Positions 6,807 to 14,400 of a stretch of DNA of 35,330 bases are shown here, piece by piece. The translations under genes and the position numbers were made by a program. The DNA is from Candidatus Magasanikiibacteriota bacterium. GTDB lineage: Bacteria; Patescibacteriota; Patescibacteriia; Magasanikbacterales; 2-02-FULL-50-9b. Below the pieces are notes generated by a model. That model did no database searches and was not told the origin of the DNA. It saw only the letters and a list, made by a program, of their open reading frames with translations. The stretch spans positions 1 through 35,330 of the forward strand of contig JAPLWO010000061.1 of the NCBI GenBank assembly GCA_026396555.1, read 5' to 3'. Numbering within the stretch: position 1 is the stretch's first letter; each line of letters begins with the position of its first letter.

Positions 6807-8033
6807 TTAGGCCGGGAGCAGCGGTCTAATAACTCCCTGGTCGCCAAACAAATTGCGCGCAGTGTTCTTACGCGCATCATCCGCGAGCAATTCGATGCGC
6901 TCAAGATTTCGATCAGTCTGCACAACCTCGATGCCGCCACCCATCGAATCAGTGCGGAACGTGACACCGCTCACGCCTGACAGTCGACGCGCAGGAACCC
7001 ACAATCGGAGCCCGGCGTGTTTGACGCACACCTTTGATCCCGCCGTCACCGCACAATTCGCGCCCACAATGCACGCATCGCCGAGCGAAATGCCGAGCAT
7101 CGAGTTGATCTCGAGCAAACCATGATCGCCGACGCGAATCGGATCCTTGTTGCCGCCGGAAATCGTGCCGATGATCGACGCGCCGCCACCGACATGTGTT
7201 CCAACACCGATGAACGCGCTCGAACTGATGCGCCCCTCAACCATATTGTCACCCGCACAACCTGCGTTGAAATTTACACCCGAGGCACCAGGCATAACCG
7301 TCGTGCCTTTGCCGAGATACGCGCCGAGCCGAACTTTCGCCGCATCGATGACTCGAATTCCGTCCTTCGCCGCGTTGATGCGATGAATATAATACGGAAA
7401 TTTGTCGTCGCCGATCGGATTGAACGGTTTGCCGCCGAACGCCGCATCAAACAGACGGTCGTCGACTTGCTCCGGATCAATGGGCGTGCTGCCTTGCCAC
7501 GCAACCGTCGGCAGCACACCGAAAATCCCGTCGAGATTCAGCGTATTCGGCTCGAAATGCCGTCCGCTCAAACCGTACAACCGCAACGTCGCATCTTCAA
7601 CTGTCTGACACGGAACTTGATCGTACAGCGCTGTGAACACCGGCTTTCCCATACTGTTCAACAACGCATGATGCGCTGCCTTGATCGCCAGGATGTTCCC
7701 GTGCCGCTTGCCATCGTTGTTGAACACGCCGAACATGTGCGCTGCAAGATCGATTTGCTCCACAGTCGGTTCCACATTCACCACACCAGACACTTCGTCG
7801 AGCCCGAGAGCGCTGTACAGAATCGCCAGCGCGTTCAGATTTTGACCATGACCGTTGACTTGCGGAAAATGAGCAGACGCGAGAATCGACGTTCGACCCC
7901 CAGTGTGAACTTGCCCACCAAGCCCCCAAAGGAGCGGCAGACGAAAATGCGGCTGATCGCGAATCCGAGTGCCCAGTGCCTCGAATTCCGCAACCGTTGT
8001 TGGAAGTGTTTCTGTCCTGAGATTCACACGCAT
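6807..8033 (-). CDS. Left-handed beta-helix acyltransferase, long-form DapD-like (tetrahydrodipicolinate N-succinyltransferase family)
   Basis: Hexapeptide-repeat core VRLGAYLGKGTTVMPGASGVNFNAGCAGDNMVEGRISSSAFIGVGTHVGGGASIIGTISGG, preceded by LDGIFGVLPTVAW. Both match, from memory, the Pseudomonas-type DapD. SD-like AAGGAG lies upstream of the ATG. The gene is markedly GC-rich relative to its flanks. Confidence 0.7.
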   Translation of the reverse strand: MRVNLRTETLPTTVAEFEALGTRIRDQPHFRLPLLWGLGGQVHTGGRTSILASAHFPQVNGHGQNLNALAILYSALGLDEVSGVVNVEPTVEQIDLAAHMFGVFNNDGKRHGNILAIKAAHHALLNSMGKPVFTALYDQVPCQTVEDATLRLYGLSGRHFEPNTLNLDGIFGVLPTVAWQGSTPIDPEQVDDRLFDAAFGGKPFNPIGDDKFPYYIHRINAAKDGIRVIDAAKVRLGAYLGKGTTVMPGASGVNFNAGCAGDNMVEGRISSSAFIGVGTHVGGGASIIGTISGGNKDPIRVGDHGLLEINSMLGISLGDACIVGANCAVTAGSKVCVKHAGLRLWVPARRLSGVSGVTFRTDSMGGGIEVVQTDRNLERIELLADDARKNTARNLFGDQGVIRPLLPA

Positions 8034-8139
8034 GGCGTGCTCCTTTTTTTGTTATGGACACAAAATCCGATGCCGTCGGACGCGGTTACGGGCAGTTTAT
8101 GGGTTTAGGCTTAAAAAGTCAATCTACGGCTTACGCACA

Positions 8140-8568
8140 TTATTTCAATGTAATCAAAATCGCTCCGCCGACCATGACCGCTGCACCGAGTGCAGTTTTC
8201 CACGTAAATGATTCGCCCAAAAATAAAACCGCCAAAATCACGACGAAAACTAAGCTCATACGATCAATCGCAGAAACTTTAACTGGATCGCCTAATTTTA
8301 ATGCTAAAAAATAGCAGAGCCACGACAGCGCGCCCGCAAGTCCGGCCAAAAATAAAAAGAACCACTCACGTCCAGAAAAGCTTCCCCATTTCACGCCGCG
8401 AAATGTACCAAACATAAATCCTGCGACCAGCAAAACGCCGGACATAATAAATGAGCGGACGGTTGTTGCGAGCGTAGAACTCATGTCTTGAATTCCAATT
8501 TTTCCAAAAATCGCGACCAATGCAGCGAAGATTGCGGAACCAAACGAAAATAATAACCAGGTTGGCAT
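8140..8568 (-). CDS. Small EamA/DMT-superfamily membrane transporter (single EamA domain)
   Basis: Four to five TM helices with an EamA-like C-terminus: DPVKVSAIDRMSLVFVVILAVLFLGESFTWKTALGAAVMVGGAILI. Start set at the internal ATG at 8568 (MPTWLLF...), which sits just downstream of an extended -10-like TGCTATACT. The tracked ORF runs to 8622. Confidence 0.75.
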   Translation of the reverse strand: MPTWLLFSFGSAIFAALVAIFGKIGIQDMSSTLATTVRSFIMSGVLLVAGFMFGTFRGVKWGSFSGREWFFLFLAGLAGALSWLCYFLALKLGDPVKVSAIDRMSLVFVVILAVLFLGESFTWKTALGAAVMVGGAILITLK

Positions 8569-8669
8569 ATGCAAACAGTATAGCATTGAGCCACGAAAAT
8601 AAAAAAACCTCCGCACCGACAACGTTCGTCATCGATTTAGAGGTACCACACCAATCTGCTCGCTTGAAG

Positions 8670-9176
8670 TTACGGCGCGTAGAGACGTTCCTGACTAGCG
8701 ATGCCACCAATGCACAAAGGCAACAAAGCGCTTCCCGAATTCACGTCGCACCCGATCTGTTCGATCGTTTGGTCTTTCGGTTTGTCGACATTGTAAACTT
8801 GTACCGTGCAATCGAAATTACCAACTGGATTGGCGTACCGCACGTCCAAATACGGATTACCCTTCAGCTTCATCACTGCAAACTTGTGGCCGATGGCGTG
8901 TCCAGAGCGTGCCGCATGCTCGTCAATTCCCTTCTTGTACACGTCGCAGGCGTGCTCGTGTCCCTCGATGAGCAGCGTTAGGTGACCGAAACGACCAGGC
9001 CAACCCACATCTTCGGTAGTATCCATTCCAATCCACTGGAGCGGAACGTGCGTCAACTGCGCCGACGCGGCGACCGGAGCGCTTTCATGCGACGAGAACA
9101 AGGCGTACATCCCACCAAGCAAAATCGCACCGAAAAGCACTTTCCTGAACCAGTGCGAGGGGTTTTTGAGCGACAT
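8670..9176 (-). CDS. Hypothetical signal-anchored/secreted protein (His- and Cys-containing)
   Basis: Start set at the ATG at 9176 (MSLKNPSHWF...), which is preceded by AGGAGG. N-terminal hydrophobic segment VLFGAILLGGMYALF. GC-rich like its neighbours. No family recognised. Confidence 0.6.
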   Translation of the reverse strand: MSLKNPSHWFRKVLFGAILLGGMYALFSSHESAPVAASAQLTHVPLQWIGMDTTEDVGWPGRFGHLTLLIEGHEHACDVYKKGIDEHAARSGHAIGHKFAVMKLKGNPYLDVRYANPVGNFDCTVQVYNVDKPKDQTIEQIGCDVNSGSALLPLCIGGIASQERLYAP

Positions 9177-9273
9177 GAGTCCTCCTGTTTGAGGTTCGTT
9201 CGTGTAGATGCGAAACAACTACGCAGTAGTTCGCGTACCAAACAGTACTATTTTTTCAGCGCTTTGTCAACCC

Positions 9274-11340
9274 CTACTCCTGATGTAAAATTTCTTCAAA
9301 TCGCACGAGCCGCGCGCGCAACTCCGGGCTGTGCGCCAACACTTCTGGTTCATCGAACACTTTTTGTGCACAACGCTTTGCGCGCTCCCAAACTTCGACC
9401 GGCACAGCCAACAATTCCTCGTATTCAAAAAATCCTGATTGCAACGTTCCCCACACATCTCCGCTTCCACGCATTTCCAAATCTTTTTCCGCCAAATCAA
9501 ATCCATCCGAAATTTCTTCCATTAATTTCATGCGTTTTTCAGCAGTCGACAAATCATCGATGTTTTTCGAAATAGGTTTTCGTGACAGCAAAAATGCGTA
9601 AGATTGTTTATCGCTACGACCGACGCGTCCACGAAATTGATGCAGCTGTGCCAAACCAAATCGCTCCGCGCCTTCGATCCACATGATCGTCGCGCCCGGA
9701 ATATCAACACCAACTTCGATGACCGCAGTCGCAACTAAAATATCGAGCTCTCCCGCACGAAACGCATCCATCACTGCCGCGCGATCTTTTGGTTTTAATC
9801 GACCATGCACGAGCCCCACGCGCGCGGTCGGAAATGTTTCTTTCGAAATTTTTTCAAAAACTTCTGTCGCCGATACAACGCCGAGCGAATCCGATGGATC
9901 GATAAGTGGTGTCACGACAAAAACTTGTTCGCCGGCTGTAATATGCTGTCTTAAAAATTGCTCTGCCTTCGAACGCGCCCCCGGCCCCACCACGCGTGTG
10001 ATTACGGGTTTGCGACCTGGCGGCATTTGTTTAATTGAACTGACTGACAGCGTTCCACTCGCCAAGAGCGCGAGAGATCGCGGAATCGGCGTTGCGGTCA
10101 TTGATAAAAAATGTGGCGTATAGCCCGCGCCATTTTTTTCTTTTATTTTTTTACGCTGCCCGACGCCAAATCGATGTTGCTCATCAACGACAACCAATCC
10201 AACCTCATCGAACTTAACTGAATCTTGGATCAGCGCATGCGTGCCGATAATAATCGCTGCACCCGCCGGCGGCGCAACGCGTTTCCCCGACCCAACCATG
10301 AGCACAATCGGCCAACCCAAACCCGCAAACAATTTTTCAAATGTTTTCGCGTGCTGCTCGGCGAGCAACTGCGTTGGCGCCATACACAAAACTTTCGCGC
10401 CCGCGGTCAAAATCGGATGCGCTGCAATCGCCGCGACAACTGTTTTTCCCGAACCCACGTCCCCCTGCAACAATCGATTCATCGGCCGCTCTGTGCCGAC
10501 GTCCTGAATAATAGCCCACACCGATTTTTTCTGATCATCCGTTAACACAAACGGCAACGCCGCAACCGCGGATTTTAATTCATCGACGGAAAATGTAAAT
10601 GCGCGCGATAAACTTGCCGCGTGAAAATCAGCGATCAATCCGGCCTGCAATTCTTGCAAGAGCGCGCGCTCAAATTGAAATCGCTGAAGCGCAGCCGCCA
10701 AATCATCAAAATCTTTTGGAAAATGTGCCGCCTTCATCGCCGTCGCATACGGCGCCGCGCCCGCGATTTTTACCAGCTCTTCCGGCAACCATTCCGAAAT
10801 TGCCGAACCATATTTTTCAAACGCCGCCGCGACTAATGTTCGCAATTGTTTGTGCGACAATCCTTCGGTCAGTGAATAGAGTGGCACGATGCGCGCGCTG
10901 TGCAACGCCTCGGGCTTATTTGTTTTTTCATATTGCGGACTCACCATCTGCAACCCAAATCGATCTTGCTTAACCTCGCCAGTCAAAAAAATTTCCTCGC
11001 CAATCGCGAGCGTTTTAACTAAATATGATTGTTGAAACCACACCACACGAACTGTTCCCGAATCATCGCCGACCAGTCCCTCAATAATCGTCATCCCCAC
11101 ACGTCGCCCCGCGCGCCGTGACCGCAGCTGACGCACACGCACGCGCACCGTGGCGCTATCGCCCGCGACCAACTCCGCGACCGGTGTAATCGCCCGATGA
11201 TCCTCGTACCGAAACGGCAAATGCAAAAAAAGATCCTGAACAGTTTTCACGTCCAGTTTTTCCAAATATTTCGCGATTTTTTCCCCGCAGCCCGGAATGG
11301 TCATGACCGGCTGGGTCAATAAAATGGAGGTGTCTGACAT
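9274..11340 (-). CDS. recG: ATP-dependent DNA helicase RecG
   Basis: Wedge/OB N-terminal region, Walker A GDVGSGKT, DEQHRFG box, and helicase C motifs (QLHQFRGRVGR). Confidence 0.95.
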   Translation of the reverse strand: MSDTSILLTQPVMTIPGCGEKIAKYLEKLDVKTVQDLFLHLPFRYEDHRAITPVAELVAGDSATVRVRVRQLRSRRAGRRVGMTIIEGLVGDDSGTVRVVWFQQSYLVKTLAIGEEIFLTGEVKQDRFGLQMVSPQYEKTNKPEALHSARIVPLYSLTEGLSHKQLRTLVAAAFEKYGSAISEWLPEELVKIAGAAPYATAMKAAHFPKDFDDLAAALQRFQFERALLQELQAGLIADFHAASLSRAFTFSVDELKSAVAALPFVLTDDQKKSVWAIIQDVGTERPMNRLLQGDVGSGKTVVAAIAAHPILTAGAKVLCMAPTQLLAEQHAKTFEKLFAGLGWPIVLMVGSGKRVAPPAGAAIIIGTHALIQDSVKFDEVGLVVVDEQHRFGVGQRKKIKEKNGAGYTPHFLSMTATPIPRSLALLASGTLSVSSIKQMPPGRKPVITRVVGPGARSKAEQFLRQHITAGEQVFVVTPLIDPSDSLGVVSATEVFEKISKETFPTARVGLVHGRLKPKDRAAVMDAFRAGELDILVATAVIEVGVDIPGATIMWIEGAERFGLAQLHQFRGRVGRSDKQSYAFLLSRKPISKNIDDLSTAEKRMKLMEEISDGFDLAEKDLEMRGSGDVWGTLQSGFFEYEELLAVPVEVWERAKRCAQKVFDEPEVLAHSPELRARLVRFEEILHQE

Positions 11341-11341
11341 G

Positions 11342-11370
11342 TTGACATTTTACCTCTTTTGTAGTAGTCT
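11342..11370 (+). promoter_or_regulatory. Candidate promoter TTGACA-N17-TAGTCT for the small + strand ORF
   Basis: TTGACA at 11342-11347, a 17-nt spacer, TAGTCT at 11365-11370. It directly abuts the divergent recG start codon. Confidence 0.3.
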
Positions 11371-11409
11371 TCATACACGTGCCACTCGACAGGCATCGAG
11401 GAGACATCT

Positions 11410-11688
11410 TTGAAAACTTTCTATAAAGTAGCATCGGTAGTTCTGTTCATCAATACAGTGATCGCGGCCGTCTTTTTCTTTTGTTCGCTATCTACAGGTG
11501 ATGCAATCCCCAAGGACCATCTGCTCGAACGGATCGCGAACAAGACAGATTCGATCGGATTTGCGCTTGTAGGCATTACCATGCTCTTGGGATCCATGGT
11601 CGCTGACCTCCACCTGCAAATCCTCACTCTCTCGCCTGAACAAAAAGACAAAAAGCGCTCCTGGCCATTCAAACCCGAAGGTCGCTAA
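11410..11688 (+). CDS. Small two-TM membrane protein, hypothetical (TTG start)
   Basis: GAGGAG lies 7 nt upstream of the TTG at 11410. Two hydrophobic helices. A canonical terminator follows at 11727-11764. No family recognised. Confidence 0.5.
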   Translation: MKTFYKVASVVLFINTVIAAVFFFCSLSTGDAIPKDHLLERIANKTDSIGFALVGITMLLGSMVADLHLQILTLSPEQKDKKRSWPFKPEGR

Positions 11689-11726
11689 GACTTCAGGCTC
11701 CACTCGATCCCCGATCCCGTTTCCCG

Positions 11727-11764
11727 CGCAGCCGCCACACCACCATGGCGTCTGCGTTTTTTTT
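11727..11764 (+). terminator. Rho-independent terminator
   Basis: CGCAGcCGCCA, loop CACCACCA, TGGCGtCTGCG, followed by TTTTTTTT (11757-11764). Confidence 0.65.
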
Positions 11765-11784
11765 ATCCAGGTTTTTTCCCCAAA

Positions 11785-11932
11785 TAAAAAATCCAATGCC
11801 TTTTGAAGGATCGTCTCGGAGGCTCGCGAGATTGGTGTTTTGCCAGAGGCAAAACTCGCGAGCCGAGAGATAGCGCGCACCGCCGCTGGAGCGGTGTGAC
11901 GCGTGATCCTGAAAAAGGTATTGGATTTTTTA
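11785..11932. other. 148-nt highly structured element: 20-bp AT-rich closing stem plus two GC-rich inner hairpins. Candidate ncRNA or MITE-like insert.
   Basis: 11785-11804 pairs with 11913-11932 (20 bp, one G-T). 11807-11812 AGGATC pairs with 11905-11910 GATCCT. Inner hairpin GGCTCGCGAG...TTTTGCC-aga-GGCAAAA...CTCGCGAGCC spans 11821-11863. A second hairpin is CACCGC-N7-GCGGTG. The element abuts the CCA end of tRNA-Arg. Confidence 0.4.
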
Positions 11933-12009
11933 TGGTGCACTCGAGAGGACTCGAACCTCTGACCCTCAGCTCCGCAAGCTGATGCTCTATCCATCTGAGC
12001 TACGAGTGC
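11933..12009 (-). tRNA. tRNA-Arg, anticodon GCG, with encoded CCA
   Basis: The reverse complement folds as a cloverleaf: GCACTCG TA GCTC AGATGGATA GAGC A TCAGC TTGCGGA GCTGA GGGTC AGAGG TTCGAGT CCTCT CGAGTGC A CCA (77 nt). The anticodon loop UUGCGGA gives GCG at positions 34-36. Confidence 0.9.
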
Positions 12010-12036
12010 ATGTGGGGATATTCTAGCAGATCTAAT

Positions 12037-12534
12037 TTAAAACTTCAAGACCTTGCCAAAGACATCGGATAAGGGCTCCTCATCCTGGCGAATATCCTCA
12101 AATAAATAGCGTTTAAGCGTGTCCCGGACCTCAGTTGGGTCCTCATCCATGAGCGGAATCGTCAAACGCGGCGTTGTCGCATTTTTGAACACAAAATAGA
12201 TATTTTGGACGCCTGGCTCATATAAAATCCAAAAATTTCGAATTTCGCGGTACGGAAACAAGATGCCATGCCAAATAACTCCTTCATCTGTAATTCCAAA
12301 CTGTGTAATACGCGGCTCACGCATTTCATGAAACACAAAAACAATCGTGATCAATAGCAAAATAAACGCGAACAAATAATTATCGTCGAAAAAAACTGAG
12401 TAGATAATCGTGATAAATAACAATGATCCCGCAATAATATACCACTGTCGCGTGTGTGGATATTTCGTATATTCTGGGATTTCCCAGGCGTGAAAAACAG
12501 TTTGATCAAAATCTGCGGTAACGCGCTGTGGCAT
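12037..12534 (-). CDS. Hypothetical two-TM membrane protein with a soluble C-terminal domain
   Basis: Start set at the ATG at 12534 (MPQRVTADF...), which is preceded by TATAAT about 20 nt upstream. The tracked ORF begins at a GTG at 12678, so the start is uncertain. TM helices WYIIAGSLLFITIIYSVFF and LFAFILLLITIVFVF. Confidence 0.6.
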   Translation of the reverse strand: MPQRVTADFDQTVFHAWEIPEYTKYPHTRQWYIIAGSLLFITIIYSVFFDDNYLFAFILLLITIVFVFHEMREPRITQFGITDEGVIWHGILFPYREIRNFWILYEPGVQNIYFVFKNATTPRLTIPLMDEDPTEVRDTLKRYLFEDIRQDEEPLSDVFGKVLKF

Positions 12535-12785
12535 AAAAAGTGTGTATGAATTATAACAGATTTCATCCAAAACTTCTAAAGTTCGAGATCCATTGACGGG
12601 AGCAGCCAAATTCGTTACAATTGGAACGTTCTTAAAACTGAATGGAGAGGTGGCTTCGAGCGGAGGAAAAACAGACACTGTCTATTTTTCCCGCGAGAAG
12701 GGGTTGAGCACTGCGAAACCCGGGACGAGCTTGCTCGGACACCTCAACATACAAGCACACCACACTTTGTGTGGTGGAATAAATT

Positions 12786-12876
12786 GGAGAGGTGGCCGAG
12801 TTGGTCGAAGGCACCACACTGCTAACGTGGCAGGGGGTAATTCCCCTCCAGGGTTCGAATCCCTGCCTCTCCGCCA
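12786..12876 (+). tRNA. tRNA-Ser, anticodon GCU, long variable arm, with encoded CCA
   Basis: GGAGAGG TG GCC GAGTTGGTCGAA GGC A CCACA CTGCTAA CGTGG, variable arm CAGGGGGTAATTCCCCTC, CAGGG TTCGAAT CCCTG CCTCTCC G CCA (91 nt). Confidence 0.92.
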
Positions 12877-12880
12877 AACT

Positions 12881-12908
12881 AAAAACCTGACTTTATGTCA
12901 GGTTTTTA
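12881..12908. terminator. Symmetric (bidirectional) terminator hairpin after tRNA-Ser
   Basis: AAAAACCTGAC, loop TTTAT, GTCAGGTTTTT. The A-run and T-run flank the stem on both sides. Confidence 0.6.
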
Positions 12909-12947
12909 GTTTGATGTGAGATGTTAGAGAGATTCGAAGGGCACAAA

Positions 12948-13007
12948 GAAATTGTCAGTCGACAATTTCGGCTGCCCCGGCCTCAGGTACATTTTTTGTA
13001 CCTGAGG
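12948..13007 (-). terminator. Two tandem hairpins downstream of the 13055-13741 gene; likely its terminator region
   Basis: CCTCAGGTAC-N7-GTACCTGAGG at 12981-13007 and GAAATTGTC-N4-GACAATTTC at 12948-12969. On the minus strand the second hairpin is followed by UUUGUG. Confidence 0.4.
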
Positions 13008-13054
13008 CGAATCCCGTTGTGCCAAAAGCGAATCCTCACATTACTTATAGCTAT

Positions 13055-13741
13055 TTATTTCGAAAACAACTTCACGAACCACCCAAACAAGCTAAATTTA
13101 TTTTCATGTGTAGTGACAAATGCATTTACTTTTACCTGTGAATCCTCCAGTGATGAAATTTGCTTAGTCAACTCATCTTTATCCACCTTTGTTTTCATTT
13201 TCGATTCCAACTTTTTGAGTTGATCAATATGATTTTGTGTCGTCGTCATTTCACTACGAAGATCCCCCAAGCTTTTAAAATCAGTTCCCAAAATGAATGT
13301 GTGAATTCGACCACGCGATTCAACCTTTGCCATTGCAGCAGTCGAGGTAGCGCTTGAATCATTTTGCTGTTGTGCGATTACACGAACCTCCTCGCCAATA
13401 CCATCTTCACGATCGGCAACTTTGAGCAATGACTGAACAAAATTTGCGACAGAACTTCGATGCTCTTCTGAAGTAAATTGCCCCTTATCACCTTCTTCGG
13501 TGCTGGTAGTATTTTCATTTTTATCAGTGCTTGTAGAATGAACCTCTTCCGAATCTTTTTCTGTACTTGTTGTTTTTTTAAAATCTTCAGTACTACTTGC
13601 TTTAACTCTATCTCCAACCTCAACATTCCCTTCTGCATTCACACGAACTTCTAATTCTTTTGCGTGAACTGTAGCGACGGTGAGCATCGAGGCTGCGAGC
13701 ACGAACATGGTCGAAAGCGTTGATACCAATTTTGGTTTCAT
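13055..13741 (-). CDS. Secreted hypothetical protein, acidic/Ser-Thr-rich then coiled-coil-like
   Basis: Signal peptide MKPKLVSTLSTMFVLAASMLTVATVHA. The remainder is low-complexity and heptad-like. No family recognised. Confidence 0.7.
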   Translation of the reverse strand: MKPKLVSTLSTMFVLAASMLTVATVHAKELEVRVNAEGNVEVGDRVKASSTEDFKKTTSTEKDSEEVHSTSTDKNENTTSTEEGDKGQFTSEEHRSSVANFVQSLLKVADREDGIGEEVRVIAQQQNDSSATSTAAMAKVESRGRIHTFILGTDFKSLGDLRSEMTTTQNHIDQLKKLESKMKTKVDKDELTKQISSLEDSQVKVNAFVTTHENKFSLFGWFVKLFSK

Positions 13742-13800
13742 ATGTTAATTAAAGTGGACGCTCATTAAAAAGCGGCACTCCATATACCATACCACTACGA

Positions 13801-14400
13801 TCATGTTCCCGCAATCGTAATGCCGAGTATTTTTTCAGCCCCTGATGCTCGTAACGCTCGAGCGCAATCTCGAATCGTACTCCCTGTCGTTACCACGTCA
13901 TCAAAAATCATATAGGTCATTTGCGCATCACATCGTCGCCCCGGTGAAACACTAAACGCCTTTTGAATTTGTTTCTGACGTTCTTCTTCGTTTGATTCCG
14001 CCTGAGCGTGTGTATAAACAGTTCGCTGTAATAAACTCGTATCAATTACCATGTTGCTATTCACCGCGGCGCGCGCCAATAATTCCGCCTGATTAAACCC
14101 GCGTTCAGCAAAACGTTCTAGATGAAGTGGTACTGGAATAATTACACACGGTCCAGTAACATCCTTGATTACACGCGCAACAATCGGCTGTACCCACGTT
14201 CCACACAATTCAGCTGCATCGCGCACACGTCCATATTTTACCGCACGTATCGCCGCAGCAACTGGCGTGCAATCGTATGAATGTGCTGCATACACCGGAA
14301 TATTATCAACCCATTTTATAAATTCAAACGACTCTCGCCGCGCGGTCTCACACACAGAGCACCACAATCCCCGTTTACCCCACGCACACCAAAAATACAC
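13801..14400 (-). CDS. comFC: ComF-family competence protein (phosphoribosyltransferase fold, ComFC-like)
   Basis: PRTase signature MIFDDVVTTGSTI, an N-terminal Cys cluster (WCSVCE), and a ComF-like central region (IIPVPLHLERFAERGFNQAELLA). GTG start. It overlaps the upstream ORF by 26 nt. Confidence 0.85.
   Translation of the reverse strand: MYFWCAWGKRGLWCSVCETARRESFEFIKWVDNIPVYAAHSYDCTPVAAAIRAVKYGRVRDAAELCGTWVQPIVARVIKDVTGPCVIIPVPLHLERFAERGFNQAELLARAAVNSNMVIDTSLLQRTVYTHAQAESNEEERQKQIQKAFSVSPGRRCDAQMTYMIFDDVVTTGSTIRDCARALRASGAEKILGITIAGT

Noticed and set aside
6853-8211. Stack of long overlapping ORFs on both strands, for example the 328-aa + strand ORF at 7122-8108 and the 154-aa minus-strand ORF at 7597-8061
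   Set aside because: Their translations are Arg/Ala/Pro-rich low-information sequences with no motifs. They are the expected artefact of stop-codon-poor GC-rich DNA. Only the 408-aa minus-strand frame shows a coherent hexapeptide-repeat acyltransferase.
11785-11932. Assignment of the structured element to a known RNA class (SRP/4.5S, 6S, tmRNA or a second tRNA)
   Set aside because: I found none of the expected signatures on either strand: no SRP domain-IV motif (AGGUCAGG...GGAA...GCAGCC), no T-loop (GTTCGAAT-like) or acceptor structure, and no tmRNA-like 3' end. The length and shape do not fit 6S well. It is left as unknown.
11488-11994. 168-aa minus-strand ORF
   Set aside because: It starts inside the tRNA-Arg gene and runs through the structured element, the + strand terminator, and antisense to the small + ORF. 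The composition is non-protein-like, so it is spurious.
12632-12877. 81-aa minus-strand ORF, and the 108-aa + strand ORF at 12593-12919
   Set aside because: Both overlap the well-folded tRNA-Ser gene and its flanks, and neither has protein-like features.
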